A stretch of DNA of 64,000 bases from Bacteroidaceae bacterium (GTDB taxonomy: Bacteria > Bacteroidota > Bacteroidia > Bacteroidales > Bacteroidaceae). The position numbers and the translations under genes were made by a program. Each line of letters starts with the position of its first letter. The stretch's first letter is position 1. The notes under the pieces were generated by a model. The model searched no databases, was not told the DNA's origin, and saw only the letters and a program-made list of their open reading frames with translations. The DNA is taken from positions 785-64,784 of the forward strand of contig JAFQUE010000036.1 in assembly GCA_017408685.1 (NCBI GenBank), written 5' to 3'. Shown here piece by piece: positions 1-9,426 of the stretch.

Positions 1-161
1 ATACATGACATGCAGCCTTTGTAATCCAAATCGTAGAGCCGCACTCTTTTTACCTCGACATCCTTGCCGGTTGATTCTGCGCCCTCGGCAAACTTCTGCA
101 ATAACTGTGCTGTGTTCATGCTGCGGCGTGGCCCGCCATCAATTATTACAATCTTTTTCAT
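1..161 (-). CDS. NAD(P)H-dependent FMN reductase / flavodoxin-fold protein, N-terminal part only (gene runs off the left edge)
   Basis: Absent from the ORF track because it is truncated. The reverse-strand ATG at 159-161 reads MKKIVIIDGGPRRSMNTAQLLQKFAEGAESTGKDVEVKRVRLYDLDYKGCMSCM..., a typical N-terminus of flavodoxin-fold NAD(P)H oxidoreductases. Confidence 0.55.
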   Translation of the reverse strand, partial: MKKIVIIDGGPRRSMNTAQLLQKFAEGAESTGKDVEVKRVRLYDLDYKGCMSC

Positions 162-249
162 ATTCTTATTCCTTTTCTGTAATAACAAATAGTATGCCTT
201 AAAGTTACCGATTATTTTGGTACGGCATTGCCTTTTTATAAAAATGATG

Positions 250-257
250 TAACTTTG
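250..257 (+). promoter_or_regulatory. Bacteroidetes-type -7 box TAACTTTG, 188 nt upstream of panB
   Basis: Matches the TAnnTTTG consensus described for Bacteroides sigma-A promoters. The motif has only 6 fixed bases, so chance hits are expected. Confidence 0.35.
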
Positions 258-285
258 CAGTCGCTTTCAAAAGCACATGCAGTTT

Positions 286-312
286 GTCATGTTGAGCGAA
301 GTGAAACATCTC
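286..312 (+). repeat. dispersed ~27-nt repeat unit (GTCAT-NN-TGAGC-N10-11-ATCTC orientation)
   Basis: GTCATGTTGAGCGAAGTGAAACATCTC. Its reverse complement fits GAGAT-N10-GCTCA-NN-ATGAC, shared with the units at 37567, 37782 and 37993. Confidence 0.7.
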
Positions 313-325
313 TTAGAGTGTATAT

Positions 326-353
326 GAGATTCTTCGTTGCACTCGTCGATGAC
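326..353 (-). repeat. degenerate inverted copy of the same repeat unit
   Basis: GAGATTCTTCGTTGCACTCGTCGATGAC. It pairs imperfectly with 286-312 across a 13-nt spacer. Confidence 0.55.
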
Positions 354-444
354 AAAACCGTTTTGTCATTGGCAAAAAAAGAAAGACACGAAAGTAATGT
401 AAGCGAATTTTTACACAATATTTAACTGTAAAACAGAAAGAATC

Positions 445-1266
445 ATGTCAAAGTATTTGGTGGAAGACACACGCAAGGTTACTACGCACCGGTTTATTGA
501 AATGAAGCGCAAGGGTGAGAAGATTGCAATGCTCACCGCATACGATTATACTACAGCCTCTATCCTTGACAATGCGGGCATTGACGCATTGCTTGTGGGT
601 GATTCGGCGTCCAATGTTATGGCGGGTAATGTAACTACATTGCCAATCACTCTTGACCAGATGATTTATCATGCGAAGGGTGTTGTGCGCGGTGTTAAAC
701 GTGCATTGGTAGTTGTGGATATGCCATTCGGTACATATCAGGTGAATGCCGACGAGGCCGTGAAGAATGCAATTCGTGTGATGAAGGAGACTCATGCCGA
801 CGCTCTTAAACTTGAGGGCGGCGAGGAGATTTTGCCATCGGTGCGCAAGATTCTTGACGCAGGAATACCCATCATGGGTCATCTGGGGCTCACTCCGCAG
901 AGTATAAACAAGTTCGGTACATATGCCGTGCGTGCAAAGGACGAGGCGGAGGCTGCCAAGTTGATTGCCGACGCCAAACTGCTTGAAGAGGCGGGGTGTT
1001 TCGCTCTCGTTCTTGAGAAGATTCCCGCAGCGTTGGCCGAGAAGGTTGCAAGTTCAATCTCAATTCCTGTAATAGGTATCGGTGCCGGTGTAAAGGTCGA
1101 TGGTCAGGTGCTTGTGTATGCCGACATGCTTGGCATGACAGCCGATTTTTCACCGAAGTTCCTGCGTCGCTATGCCGACCTCAATACCATAATAACAGAC
1201 GCTGTCGGCAGTTATGTGAGCGATGTGAAAGCATGCGACTTCCCTAACGAGAAGGAACAGTACTAA
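445..1266 (+). CDS. panB: 3-methyl-2-oxobutanoate hydroxymethyltransferase (ketopantoate hydroxymethyltransferase)
   Basis: 273 aa. The N-terminus KITMLTAYDY-like ([17 protein letters not shown]) and the [13 protein letters not shown] motif are characteristic of PanB along its full length. Confidence 0.93.
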   Translation: MSKYLVEDTRKVTTHRFIEMKRKGEKIAMLTAYDYTTASILDNAGIDALLVGDSASNVMAGNVTTLPITLDQMIYHAKGVVRGVKRALVVVDMPFGTYQVNADEAVKNAIRVMKETHADALKLEGGEEILPSVRKILDAGIPIMGHLGLTPQSINKFGTYAVRAKDEAEAAKLIADAKLLEEAGCFALVLEKIPAALAEKVASSISIPVIGIGAGVKVDGQVLVYADMLGMTADFSPKFLRRYADLNTIITDAVGSYVSDVKACDFPNEKEQY

Positions 1267-1328
1267 ATCACGGAATGGCCTTGAATTTTAGGTTTTTATC
1301 CATCCCTTGATAAAACTCTTGATACAGT

Positions 1329-1366
1329 AAAAAAACGGAGATTGCATGCAATCTCCGTTTTTTTTT
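1329..1366. terminator. bidirectional intrinsic terminator between panB and prs
   Basis: A perfect 36-nt palindrome, AAAAAAACGGAGATTGCA|TGCAATCTCCGTTTTTTT, with an A-run on the left and a T-run on the right. Confidence 0.8.
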
Positions 1367-1389
1367 GGGGGTATTGTATGTACCTGTTA

Positions 1390-2325
1390 TCAGCAGATGT
1401 ATTGCTTGCTTATTGACTGGTTGTTGAGCACGCACTGTATTGCCTCGGCAAAACCTTTGGCAATAGAAAGTTGCTTGAGCTTGGGACAACACCTGTCGTA
1501 AGGTATACTGTTTGTAAACACAATTTCGGTCATCTTTGACTCGCGTACTCTTTCCGACGCATTGCCCGACATGATACAGTGTGACGCGATTGCGCGTACC
1601 GATTTTGCTCCGTTCTCCATCATGAGGTCGGCCGCCTTTGAGATTGTGCCGGCTGTGTCTACGATGTCGTCGACGAGGATTACATTCTTGCCTTCAACGT
1701 CACCGATAATCTGCATTGTGTCTACAACGTTGGCTTTTGCGCGTGTCTTGTGGCAGAGCACGAGGGGTACGCCAAGGCATTTTGAGTATGCGCTGGCACG
1801 TTTTGAACCGCCAACGTCGGGAGTTGCAATAACAAGGTCCTCAAGGTTGAGTGACTTTATGTATGGGATGAACACCATAGAAGCGTAGAGGTGGTCAACC
1901 GGAATATCGAAGAATCCCTGAATCTGGTCGGCATGCAGGTCCATGGTAATGATACGGCTTACGCCGGCAACGCTCAACAGGTCGGCAACAAGTTTTGCGC
2001 CTATTGAAACACGTGGCTTGTCCTTGCGGTCCTGACGTGCCCAGCCGAAATATGGCATAACGGCAACAATGCTCTTTGCCGAAGCGCGCTTGGCTGCGTC
2101 TACCATGAGCAGGAGTTCCATGAGGTTGTCCGAATTCGGGAATGTTGACTGTACGAGGAATACGTTCTTGCCGCGGATTGACTCTTCGTAAGAAACTGCA
2201 AACTCGCCATCGGCAAAATGAGTGGTGTTCATCTGACCGAGTTCGCAACCCAGTTCTTTACAGATTTCTTCGGCAAGGTAACGTGACTTGGTACCTGCAA
2301 ATACCATGTAGGGAGTATTGTCCAT
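1390..2325 (-). CDS. prs: ribose-phosphate pyrophosphokinase
   Basis: 311 aa. Contains HFADGE, MPYFGWARQDRK and the PRPP-binding loop VILVDDIVDTAGT. Confidence 0.95.
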   Translation of the reverse strand: MDNTPYMVFAGTKSRYLAEEICKELGCELGQMNTTHFADGEFAVSYEESIRGKNVFLVQSTFPNSDNLMELLLMVDAAKRASAKSIVAVMPYFGWARQDRKDKPRVSIGAKLVADLLSVAGVSRIITMDLHADQIQGFFDIPVDHLYASMVFIPYIKSLNLEDLVIATPDVGGSKRASAYSKCLGVPLVLCHKTRAKANVVDTMQIIGDVEGKNVILVDDIVDTAGTISKAADLMMENGAKSVRAIASHCIMSGNASERVRESKMTEIVFTNSIPYDRCCPKLKQLSIAKGFAEAIQCVLNNQSISKQYIC

Positions 2326-2365
2326 AATGCTTTAAATTATTTGTTTGTTATTTTGTATTTTCTTC

Positions 2366-2950
2366 TTAAAGTTTGTCTACAGCCTTCTTTATTCTCTTGA
2401 AGCGGTCTATGAGTTCGCTGTAATCGGTTGAACGGCATGAGTCGAAGTTGCTCCACATGAGTTCGTCGATTATTACACCGCCGAACCCGTAGTTGGTAAG
2501 GCGCTTGAGATTGGCTTCATCAATGTCTCCGAATGCCCAGATGTGCCTGTTTATCACCTTTTTGCCAATTTCATTCAGTTCAGTGCTCTGATAAAATGTG
2601 CGACCGAGAGGTCCGAAGCATACTATGTCATATGTTTTACGGAGTTCCTTCAGGTGCTGGAGATTGTTTGCATAACCCACAAGTTTGCCTTTTTCGTTGC
2701 CCATTGGCGGGTTGGAACCGAGCATGAACAATGTGCCGCCCATCTTGTATTCCTGCATGAGGCGGTTATTGCAAGTGTATATCTTCTTGTGGTATTTCTT
2801 GGGGATTAGATTAAGGAGTCTTTCCATGAATTGCGGGTGGGCATACTCCTTATAAAGGAAAAGACAATCGAGCCCCTCGTCAAAGAGACGGGTTATAATC
2901 TTGTCCTCTTCTACAAAAAAGGTCGGTTTTGTAATTACGGCCAGTTTCAT
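2366..2950 (-). CDS. thiamine-phosphate synthase-like (TMP-TENI family) protein
   Basis: 194 aa. The N-terminus MKLAVITKPTFFVEEDKIITRLFDEGLDCLFL resembles the short ThiE/TenI-like proteins common in Bacteroidales. Assignment is by remembered family pattern only. Confidence 0.55.
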   Translation of the reverse strand: MKLAVITKPTFFVEEDKIITRLFDEGLDCLFLYKEYAHPQFMERLLNLIPKKYHKKIYTCNNRLMQEYKMGGTLFMLGSNPPMGNEKGKLVGYANNLQHLKELRKTYDIVCFGPLGRTFYQSTELNEIGKKVINRHIWAFGDIDEANLKRLTNYGFGGVIIDELMWSNFDSCRSTDYSELIDRFKRIKKAVDKL

Positions 2951-3342
2951 ATATGCTGTAACTTTCTTAGAAGTTTTTTAAATTTCTAAAATAATGATTC
3001 TTATATTGGAAGTTGCTATTTCGTTGTTTTTTATGTCTCAAAAAGTCTGTTTCCCTCTTTTCCCCGGTTACGTAGCCTGCTACGCACCCTCAAAAAATAA
3101 TAAAACATTCTATTTTTGACCTATAATAAACTTAACGCTATACAATTGAACAACTTCTTAATAATTCAATGCAAAATTAATACTTTTTATGATAATGTAC
3201 ACGAATAAACGGTACAATTATTGAAATAAAATTGTTTTGCTTCAAAAATAGTGAATTATAGACAAGTTGCAAAAATCCTGTACAATAATTCAAACAATTA
3301 ATCTGCATTCATGTTTCTATGTTATAATTCAAACATTCGATT

Positions 3343-3858
3343 ATGGCAAGAGAAAGTATTTTGATTTTGCGCAAACGTATTGATTTGCCCGAACTGCTCT
3401 CACAACTCAATTCTGCACTCAGTGAGGAGTGGCTCGCGTTCTACCAGTATTGGATAGGAGCACTGGTTGTCGAAGGTGCTATGCGTTCCGACGTTCAAAG
3501 AGAATTCGAGGAGCATGCTATGGAGGAATTCAAGCATGCCCGTGCATTGGCCGACAGGATTGTCCAACTTGAGGGGACGCCGGTCCTTGACCCTGCGCAG
3601 TGGGGTGTTCTTGCAAGATGCAAGTATTCCGTTCCGCTGAATGCGGATGTCACAAACCTGCTGAAGCAGAATATTTCGGCCGAGCGTTGTGCTGTGGTCA
3701 GGTATGAGGAAATTGCCTCGTTCTGCAACAATGTGGATTATACGACCTGTGACCTCGCGAAGCGCATAATGGCCGAAGAGGAGGAACATGAACAGGACCT
3801 TCAGGACCTGTTGCGTGATGTGGAATGGATAGTGAAGGCTGTAGAGGCCAAGTGTTAA
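3343..3858 (+). CDS. ferritin-like / DPS-like (DPSL) di-iron protein
   Basis: 171 aa four-helix-bundle pattern with ferroxidase-type E...ExxH pairs (EEHAMEEFKH and AEEEEHEQD) and several Cys near the site, as in Bacteroides/archaeal DPS-like proteins. Confidence 0.7.
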   Translation: MARESILILRKRIDLPELLSQLNSALSEEWLAFYQYWIGALVVEGAMRSDVQREFEEHAMEEFKHARALADRIVQLEGTPVLDPAQWGVLARCKYSVPLNADVTNLLKQNISAERCAVVRYEEIASFCNNVDYTTCDLAKRIMAEEEEHEQDLQDLLRDVEWIVKAVEAKC

Positions 3859-3901
3859 AAACAGAATGCCGGGAATTCCCGGCATTCTGTTTTTAACACT
3901 T
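3850..3901. terminator. bidirectional terminator; 52-nt perfect palindrome spanning both convergent stop codons
   Basis: AAGTGTTAAAAACAGAATGCCGGGAA|TTCCCGGCATTCTGTTTTTAACACTT. The GC core stem is flanked by A5/T5. Confidence 0.75.
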
Positions 3902-4787
3902 ACTCTTCATCGAGATACCTCTTGGTTATACCGCCGTACTCTTCAATTCGGCGGTCGCGCAGAAATGGCCACCATTGGCGCACTGTCTCGCTGCGCTTTA
4001 TGCTCACTTCAACGACCTCGCACTGTTCCTTCTCGCCAAAGTGTGCGATGAACTCGCCCTGTGCCCCGGCTACGAAACTGTGTCCCCAGAACTGTATGCC
4101 GTTTGTCATGCCCGAAGGGTCCGGTTCGTGCCCCACGCGGTTCACGGCAATTACAGGAATGCCGTTGGCAACGGCATGTCCGCGTTGTACGGTCTGCCAT
4201 GCACCAAGTTGGCGTTCTTTCTCTTCGGGAGTGTCCGTGCTCTCCCAGCCAATGGCAGTGGGATAAATGAGCATGTCGGCTCCGCGCAGTGCCATCAGAC
4301 GGGCACCTTCGGGGTACCACTGGTCCCAACATACCTGCACGCCGAGTGTGCCGATAGAGGTCTTTATGGGACGGAAACCGATGTCGCCCGGCGTGAAGTA
4401 GAATTTTTCGTAATAGGCAGGGTCGTCCGGTATGTGCATTTTACGGTATTTTCCGGCAATGCTGCCGTCGCTGTCAAAGACTACGGCTGTGTTGTGGTAT
4501 AGTCCCTTGGCGCGTGCCTCGAAAAGTGATGTCACAAGCACTATCCTGCACTCGGCAGCCACGTTGCCGTAGAACTCGGTCGAAGGACCCGGTATGGGCT
4601 CGGCATATGAAAAATTGTCCGTTGATTCAACCTGGCAGAAATAAGGCGAGTTGTGCAGTTCCTGCAGTATCACCAGTTGTGCGTCTTTGGCAGCAACCTC
4701 GCGAATGCACTGCGCAAGTTTTTGCTTGTTGCACTCGATGTCGGTGCCGAGGCTCTGTTGTATAATTCCTACTTTAATAGTATCCAT
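3900..4787 (-). CDS. aguB: N-carbamoylputrescine amidase (carbon-nitrogen hydrolase family)
   Basis: 295 aa. Nitrilase-superfamily E-K-C triad contexts are present (LVILQELH, YRKMHIP, VQVCWDQWYPE). The gene is adjacent to agmatine deiminase. Confidence 0.85.
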   Translation of the reverse strand: MDTIKVGIIQQSLGTDIECNKQKLAQCIREVAAKDAQLVILQELHNSPYFCQVESTDNFSYAEPIPGPSTEFYGNVAAECRIVLVTSLFEARAKGLYHNTAVVFDSDGSIAGKYRKMHIPDDPAYYEKFYFTPGDIGFRPIKTSIGTLGVQVCWDQWYPEGARLMALRGADMLIYPTAIGWESTDTPEEKERQLGAWQTVQRGHAVANGIPVIAVNRVGHEPDPSGMTNGIQFWGHSFVAGAQGEFIAHFGEKEQCEVVEVSIKRSETVRQWWPFLRDRRIEEYGGITKRYLDEE

Positions 4788-4796
4788 ATTCTTGTA

Positions 4797-5828
4797 TTAT
4801 CTTGGGTATTGCATGGTGACGCAATGGAGTGAACCATGTTGCTTTATGAGTGCACGGCAGTCTATGCCCACAATCTCATGTGTGGGGAATGCCTTGCTCA
4901 AGGCAACGGCAGCCTTGCGGTCATTTTCATCTTGTGCGTATGTGGGGTAGAGTATGCAGTTGTTCATTATGAGGAAGTTTGCATATGTGGCCGGCAAACG
5001 CTCGCCGTCCTCATCATGTATTGGCGCAGGGGAGGGAAGCGGTATCATCCTGTAGGGTTTTCCTTCGGCAGTGCGCAATTCCGCTATTTCCTCTTCCATG
5101 GCTTTCAGGTCGGCATGCTGTGCGTCGCTTTCGTCGCTGCATTGCATGTAAACGATGGTGTTGTTGGGGGCAAGGCGCGCTACGGTGTCGACATGCCCGT
5201 CGGTGTCGTCGCCTATGAGGTTGCCGTGGCTGAGCCACAGCACACGTTCGGCGTGCAGCATTTTCTTCAGGCACTTCTCTATCTCCTCTTTCTCCATGGG
5301 TTGGTTGCGGTGTGGTGCAAGCAGGCATTGACTTGTAGTAAGGATTGTACCTTGGCCGTCGCTCTCTATCGAACCGCCCTCAAGGACAAACGATGTGCAA
5401 TCCTCGTATTCGCCCTTCACAATCCCCGCGTCGTATAACTTGCCGTTTATTGCGTTGTCGAGCGCGGCCTCGAACTTGCGCCCCCAACCGTTGAAACAGA
5501 AGTCGACATAGTGGGGTACGTTGTCACCAAGAATGGTTATGAAAGCGTGGTCACGTGCCCATGTGTCATTGGTGGCGCATTCAAAAAGTATGATATTGCC
5601 CATGTTGGCGCCGCCTTTCTCAAGCGTCTCCTTAACCTTTTTTACATCGGGTGCAACAACAAGCAACTGAAGTCGCGCACTTATTGCCTTTGCGAGTTCG
5701 ATGTAACATTTCTCTACCTCGCCAAGCATGTAGTTCCAGTCGGTACCCTCATGCGGCCAAGTCAGTTGCACCATCTGCAACCTGTGCCATTCGGCCGGCA
5801 TATATAATTGTCGTTTAGGTTGCTCCAT
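4797..5828 (-). CDS. aguA: agmatine deiminase
   Basis: 343 aa. N-terminal MPAEW...W.H motif, ARDH motif, and C-terminal GSLHCVTMQ catalytic-Cys motif of the agmatine/peptidylarginine deiminase family. Confidence 0.87.
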   Translation of the reverse strand: MEQPKRQLYMPAEWHRLQMVQLTWPHEGTDWNYMLGEVEKCYIELAKAISARLQLLVVAPDVKKVKETLEKGGANMGNIILFECATNDTWARDHAFITILGDNVPHYVDFCFNGWGRKFEAALDNAINGKLYDAGIVKGEYEDCTSFVLEGGSIESDGQGTILTTSQCLLAPHRNQPMEKEEIEKCLKKMLHAERVLWLSHGNLIGDDTDGHVDTVARLAPNNTIVYMQCSDESDAQHADLKAMEEEIAELRTAEGKPYRMIPLPSPAPIHDEDGERLPATYANFLIMNNCILYPTYAQDENDRKAAVALSKAFPTHEIVGIDCRALIKQHGSLHCVTMQYPR

Positions 5829-6370
5829 TACTGCTGTGGCTGTACTTTACGTTTGCGGTCGAAGAAAGGATTCTTGGAACTTGCGCTCACCGGTATTCCT
5901 ATTATATAATTGCAACCGGGCATCCAACCGAGTTTCAGTGCTGCATAGCCTACTGAATACATTACACGGGTGTCGAGCCTAAGGTCGGCTGCCGTCGCGC
6001 ATGCCGAACCCACAGCAATGCCCACGTCAATGGTGTTCATTGCACAAGGGACGCCCTCGGTGCGCTCGCCGCAAGTTGGGAAACCGCAATAACCGCAGTT
6101 GAGGCACATGGCCTCTTCGCGTGAACCGATGAGCAGTACTGCCTCGGCCGAGAGTATGTTGTCGGCGTCGCGCATTAGACCGCCGCGGCCCATATTCTCG
6201 CCTATCTGGTGAAGTGCATTGCCCAGTGCAACAATGTCATCATCGGTAATCATTGTTATTTCAATAATGTCCACGCCTTTTGCCTTGGGAGCAGTACGTG
6301 CTGCAGTCATCATCTGCTTGGCACATTCTATCACATGCAGGTGGCGTTCATCTCTTTCGTTATAAACCAT
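5828..6370 (-). CDS. DUF2148-type ferredoxin-like Cys-cluster protein
   Basis: The ORF track starts at 6436; I prefer the ATG at 6370 (MVYNERDE...). It carries the Cys cluster CLNCGYCGFPTCGE. Its TAA stop overlaps the aguA ATG (TAATG at 5826-5830). Confidence 0.6.
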   Translation of the reverse strand: MVYNERDERHLHVIECAKQMMTAARTAPKAKGVDIIEITMITDDDIVALGNALHQIGENMGRGGLMRDADNILSAEAVLLIGSREEAMCLNCGYCGFPTCGERTEGVPCAMNTIDVGIAVGSACATAADLRLDTRVMYSVGYAALKLGWMPGCNYIIGIPVSASSKNPFFDRKRKVQPQQ

Positions 6371-6597
6371 AGTTCTTGAAATGAATAGTTTTTGCGAAGA
6401 TAATGAATATTTCAGGAATAAACCGATTTGTTCCATTAATTTTTATAAATACGCCGGTCTGCTTGTAAGGAAATTTTAATATCTTTTATCTAAAAAATAT
6501 TCCTATTCTTTGATTTATTTTGTAGTTTTATATAATTTCGCATGTCTAACATTGCAGGAACACTTGAACTGAACATGTTTCTAAATTTATATATATT

Positions 6598-9393
6598 ATG
6601 AAAAGATTCTTTCTCTCTTTGGCAGTGGCTTTTGTCACTCTTGTCTCATTCGGACAGACACAGTTGCCCGTTGATGAGAATGTGAGGATTGGCAAGCTCG
6701 ACAACGGCTTGACATACTACATCCGCCATAACGACAAACCAGCCCAGCGTGCCGAGTTCTATCTGGCAACAAACGTGGGCGCATTCCAGGAGGCAGATGA
6801 CCAGGACGGTCTTGCGCACTTCCTTGAGCACATGTGTTTCAACGGTACAAAGAACTTCCCCGGCAAGTCCTTGCTCGAGTATCTGCAGAGCATTGGCGCA
6901 GAGTTCGGTCGCAACATAAACGCGTCTACCGGCTTCGAGCAGACACAGTACATGCTCAACAATATCCCCATTATCCGCGAAGGAATAATAGACTCATGTC
7001 TTCTTGTACTGCACGACTATTCGCACTATGTGACATGCGACCCCAAGGAGATTGACGCCGAACGTGGAGTAATCCTTGAGGAGCGCCGTTCACGCCGTGA
7101 CGCCAACTGGAGAATGTTCGAACAGTCGTTGCCTTACTACTTTGGCGACACACAAATGGCTCGCCGTACCCTTATCGGCGGTGAGGAGCAACTGAAGACT
7201 TTCAAACCCGAAAGCCTTGTGAACTTCTACCGCAAATGGTACAATCCTGATATGCAGGCCGTTGTGGTAATTGGCGACGTTGACGTTGACCGCATTGAGC
7301 AGAAGATAAAGGATACATTCGGTTCCATTCCGGCCCCGGAAACTCCTACAGTAAAGCCTATAATCCCCATTCCCGGCAACACAGAACCTGTTGTCGCAGT
7401 TATAACTGACCCCGAGGCAAGTACCTCTATGGTTGAACTCATATGGCGTGGCGAGGCTATGCCGAAAGAATTGGGTTCTACCGACGCTGCCTTCCTGCTC
7501 GATGTCGTAAAGGCAATCTTAAGCCATGTGTTCAACGAACGTATGGAGGCTTTGACAGCTTCGGCAAATGCTCCTTTCATCAGTGGCGGTCTCGGTATCG
7601 GTGAACTTTGCGAAGGTTGTGAGGCTGTTCAGGCCCAGGTGATTTTCAAGGACGGGGATTACGCCAATGCAATGAAGGCGTTCTATACCGAGATTGAGAG
7701 ACTGCGCCGTTACGGTGTTACCGAGAGCGAACTCGAGCGTGCAAAACTGAAACTCATCAGCGATGCCGAACAGGCTGTAGAGGCTGCAGCAACACGTGAA
7801 AATGCCGAATTTGTGTGGCCTATTCTCGGACACTTCTTCCGGAACAATTATCTGCTTTCTCCCGAGATGGAATTGCAGTTGACACAGGCTTTGTGCGGTC
7901 AGTTGCCTTCTGTAGTATTCCAGCAGATTATATCTCAGGCAATTACCGAGGAGAATTTTGTCGCAATTTACAAGGCGCCTGCACGTGATGGTCTTGCACA
8001 CCCCACAGAAAGCGATATTCTTGCCGTTATCAATGAAGTGAAGGCAAGCGAGGTTTCCGCTCCTGTTGAGGAGGGCGCCGGCGAACCGTTGCTCGATACC
8101 GAGGCTGTTGTTGCGGGTTCGGTAAAAAAGGAGCAGCAGGGTGCGTTCGGTTCTACCGAGTGGATTCTTGGCAATGGTGCCAAGGTGGTGTTTATGCCCA
8201 CAACACTCAAGAATGATGAGGTCATTATCTCTGTAGTGAAGAATGGCGGCCGTTCTCTGATAGAGACAGCAGAACTCCCATCATTCGATGACAATGTATG
8301 GGCGCTCTTCCAACAGAACCGCGGTCTTTCAAAGTTCGGCGGCGTGCAGTTGAAGAAAATGCTCACAGGCAAGAACGTGACATGCGGTGTCAACATAGGC
8401 AATACCCGCCATGATATTACTGCTGCGACAACACCGAAGGATATCGAGACTGCAATGCAACTCATATATCTCAATATTGCCGACCCGCGTTTCGACAACG
8501 AGGAGTACCAGACAGGTATCAGCCAGTTGAGGGCAATGCTTCCAAACCTTGAAAAGCAGCCAATGCTGAAGTTCCAGAAGTTCGCAAACGAAACACTTTA
8601 TGGCAACAATGAACGCCGTCAGGTAATAAGTTCTGCTATCCTTGATAAGGCGAATATCACCGATGTGGAAAATGTATGCCGCCGTCTCTTCGGCGATGTT
8701 GCAGGTGCAACCGTATATGTTGTAGGTAATGTTGACGCCGAGACGCTCAAGCCACTGGTGGAGAAATATATCGCTTCTCTGCCCGGCGGCAAGAAGGGCG
8801 CTAAGGTTATCGACCGCAACGAGGATATCGTGAAGGGCGAAGTTGTAAAGGATTTCCCTGTTGAAATGGAAACACCCAAGAGCACTGTGCTTCAGGTTTA
8901 TTCGGCAAAGGTTCCGGCAACAACCGAGAACGAGGTCCTTCTCTCCGCTGCCAAGTATTATCTTGATATGGTATATGTCGAGACTCTGCGCGAGAGCGAG
9001 GGTGGTACATATGGCGCCAGTGTGGCCGAAGCCATAATGCGTGAACCCAAGGAGAAGGCTATTCTTCAGGTTGCTTTCGAGACAAACCCCGAGAGTGCCA
9101 AGAAACTTTCTGAACTTGCAATTGCCGGAATGTACAGCCTGCTCGAGGAGGGTATACCTGCCGACAAACTCGACATGATTGTAAAGAATATGAAGAAGAA
9201 CATTCCACAGAGAAGAATTGAAAATTCATACTGGTTGTCAAATCTTCAGAAATATGTTGAGTTCGGTATCGATTACGACTCGGAATATGAGGCTGCGGTA
9301 AATGCTATCACTTCGGAGGCTGTAGTTAACCTTATACAGACAATCCTTGACCAAGGAAATTTCATACAGATTTCTTTGACTCCGGCGGAATGA
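6598..9393 (+). CDS. M16 (pitrilysin/insulinase) family zinc peptidase, secreted
   Basis: 931 aa with a signal peptide and the inverted zinc motif HFLEHMCFNGT (HxxEH). Paralogous to 48807-51623. Confidence 0.87.
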   Translation: MKRFFLSLAVAFVTLVSFGQTQLPVDENVRIGKLDNGLTYYIRHNDKPAQRAEFYLATNVGAFQEADDQDGLAHFLEHMCFNGTKNFPGKSLLEYLQSIGAEFGRNINASTGFEQTQYMLNNIPIIREGIIDSCLLVLHDYSHYVTCDPKEIDAERGVILEERRSRRDANWRMFEQSLPYYFGDTQMARRTLIGGEEQLKTFKPESLVNFYRKWYNPDMQAVVVIGDVDVDRIEQKIKDTFGSIPAPETPTVKPIIPIPGNTEPVVAVITDPEASTSMVELIWRGEAMPKELGSTDAAFLLDVVKAILSHVFNERMEALTASANAPFISGGLGIGELCEGCEAVQAQVIFKDGDYANAMKAFYTEIERLRRYGVTESELERAKLKLISDAEQAVEAAATRENAEFVWPILGHFFRNNYLLSPEMELQLTQALCGQLPSVVFQQIISQAITEENFVAIYKAPARDGLAHPTESDILAVINEVKASEVSAPVEEGAGEPLLDTEAVVAGSVKKEQQGAFGSTEWILGNGAKVVFMPTTLKNDEVIISVVKNGGRSLIETAELPSFDDNVWALFQQNRGLSKFGGVQLKKMLTGKNVTCGVNIGNTRHDITAATTPKDIETAMQLIYLNIADPRFDNEEYQTGISQLRAMLPNLEKQPMLKFQKFANETLYGNNERRQVISSAILDKANITDVENVCRRLFGDVAGATVYVVGNVDAETLKPLVEKYIASLPGGKKGAKVIDRNEDIVKGEVVKDFPVEMETPKSTVLQVYSAKVPATTENEVLLSAAKYYLDMVYVETLRESEGGTYGASVAEAIMREPKEKAILQVAFETNPESAKKLSELAIAGMYSLLEEGIPADKLDMIVKNMKKNIPQRRIENSYWLSNLQKYVEFGIDYDSEYEAAVNAITSEAVVNLIQTILDQGNFIQISLTPAE

Positions 9394-9426
9394 TAACCCG
9401 CATGGCGGTGTGTCATGATTGCAAAA

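Noticed and set aside
5-202. A 65-aa plus-strand ORF at the left edge.
   Set aside because: It is antisense to the truncated flavodoxin-fold gene (1-161, minus strand), whose N-terminus is a much better protein match.
3400-4051. Two ORFs on opposite strands (3400-3885 minus, 3866-4051 plus) that start with the identical peptide MPGIPGILFLTL.
   Set aside because: This is an artefact of the 52-nt perfect palindrome at 3850-3901. Both ORFs are antisense to well-supported genes.
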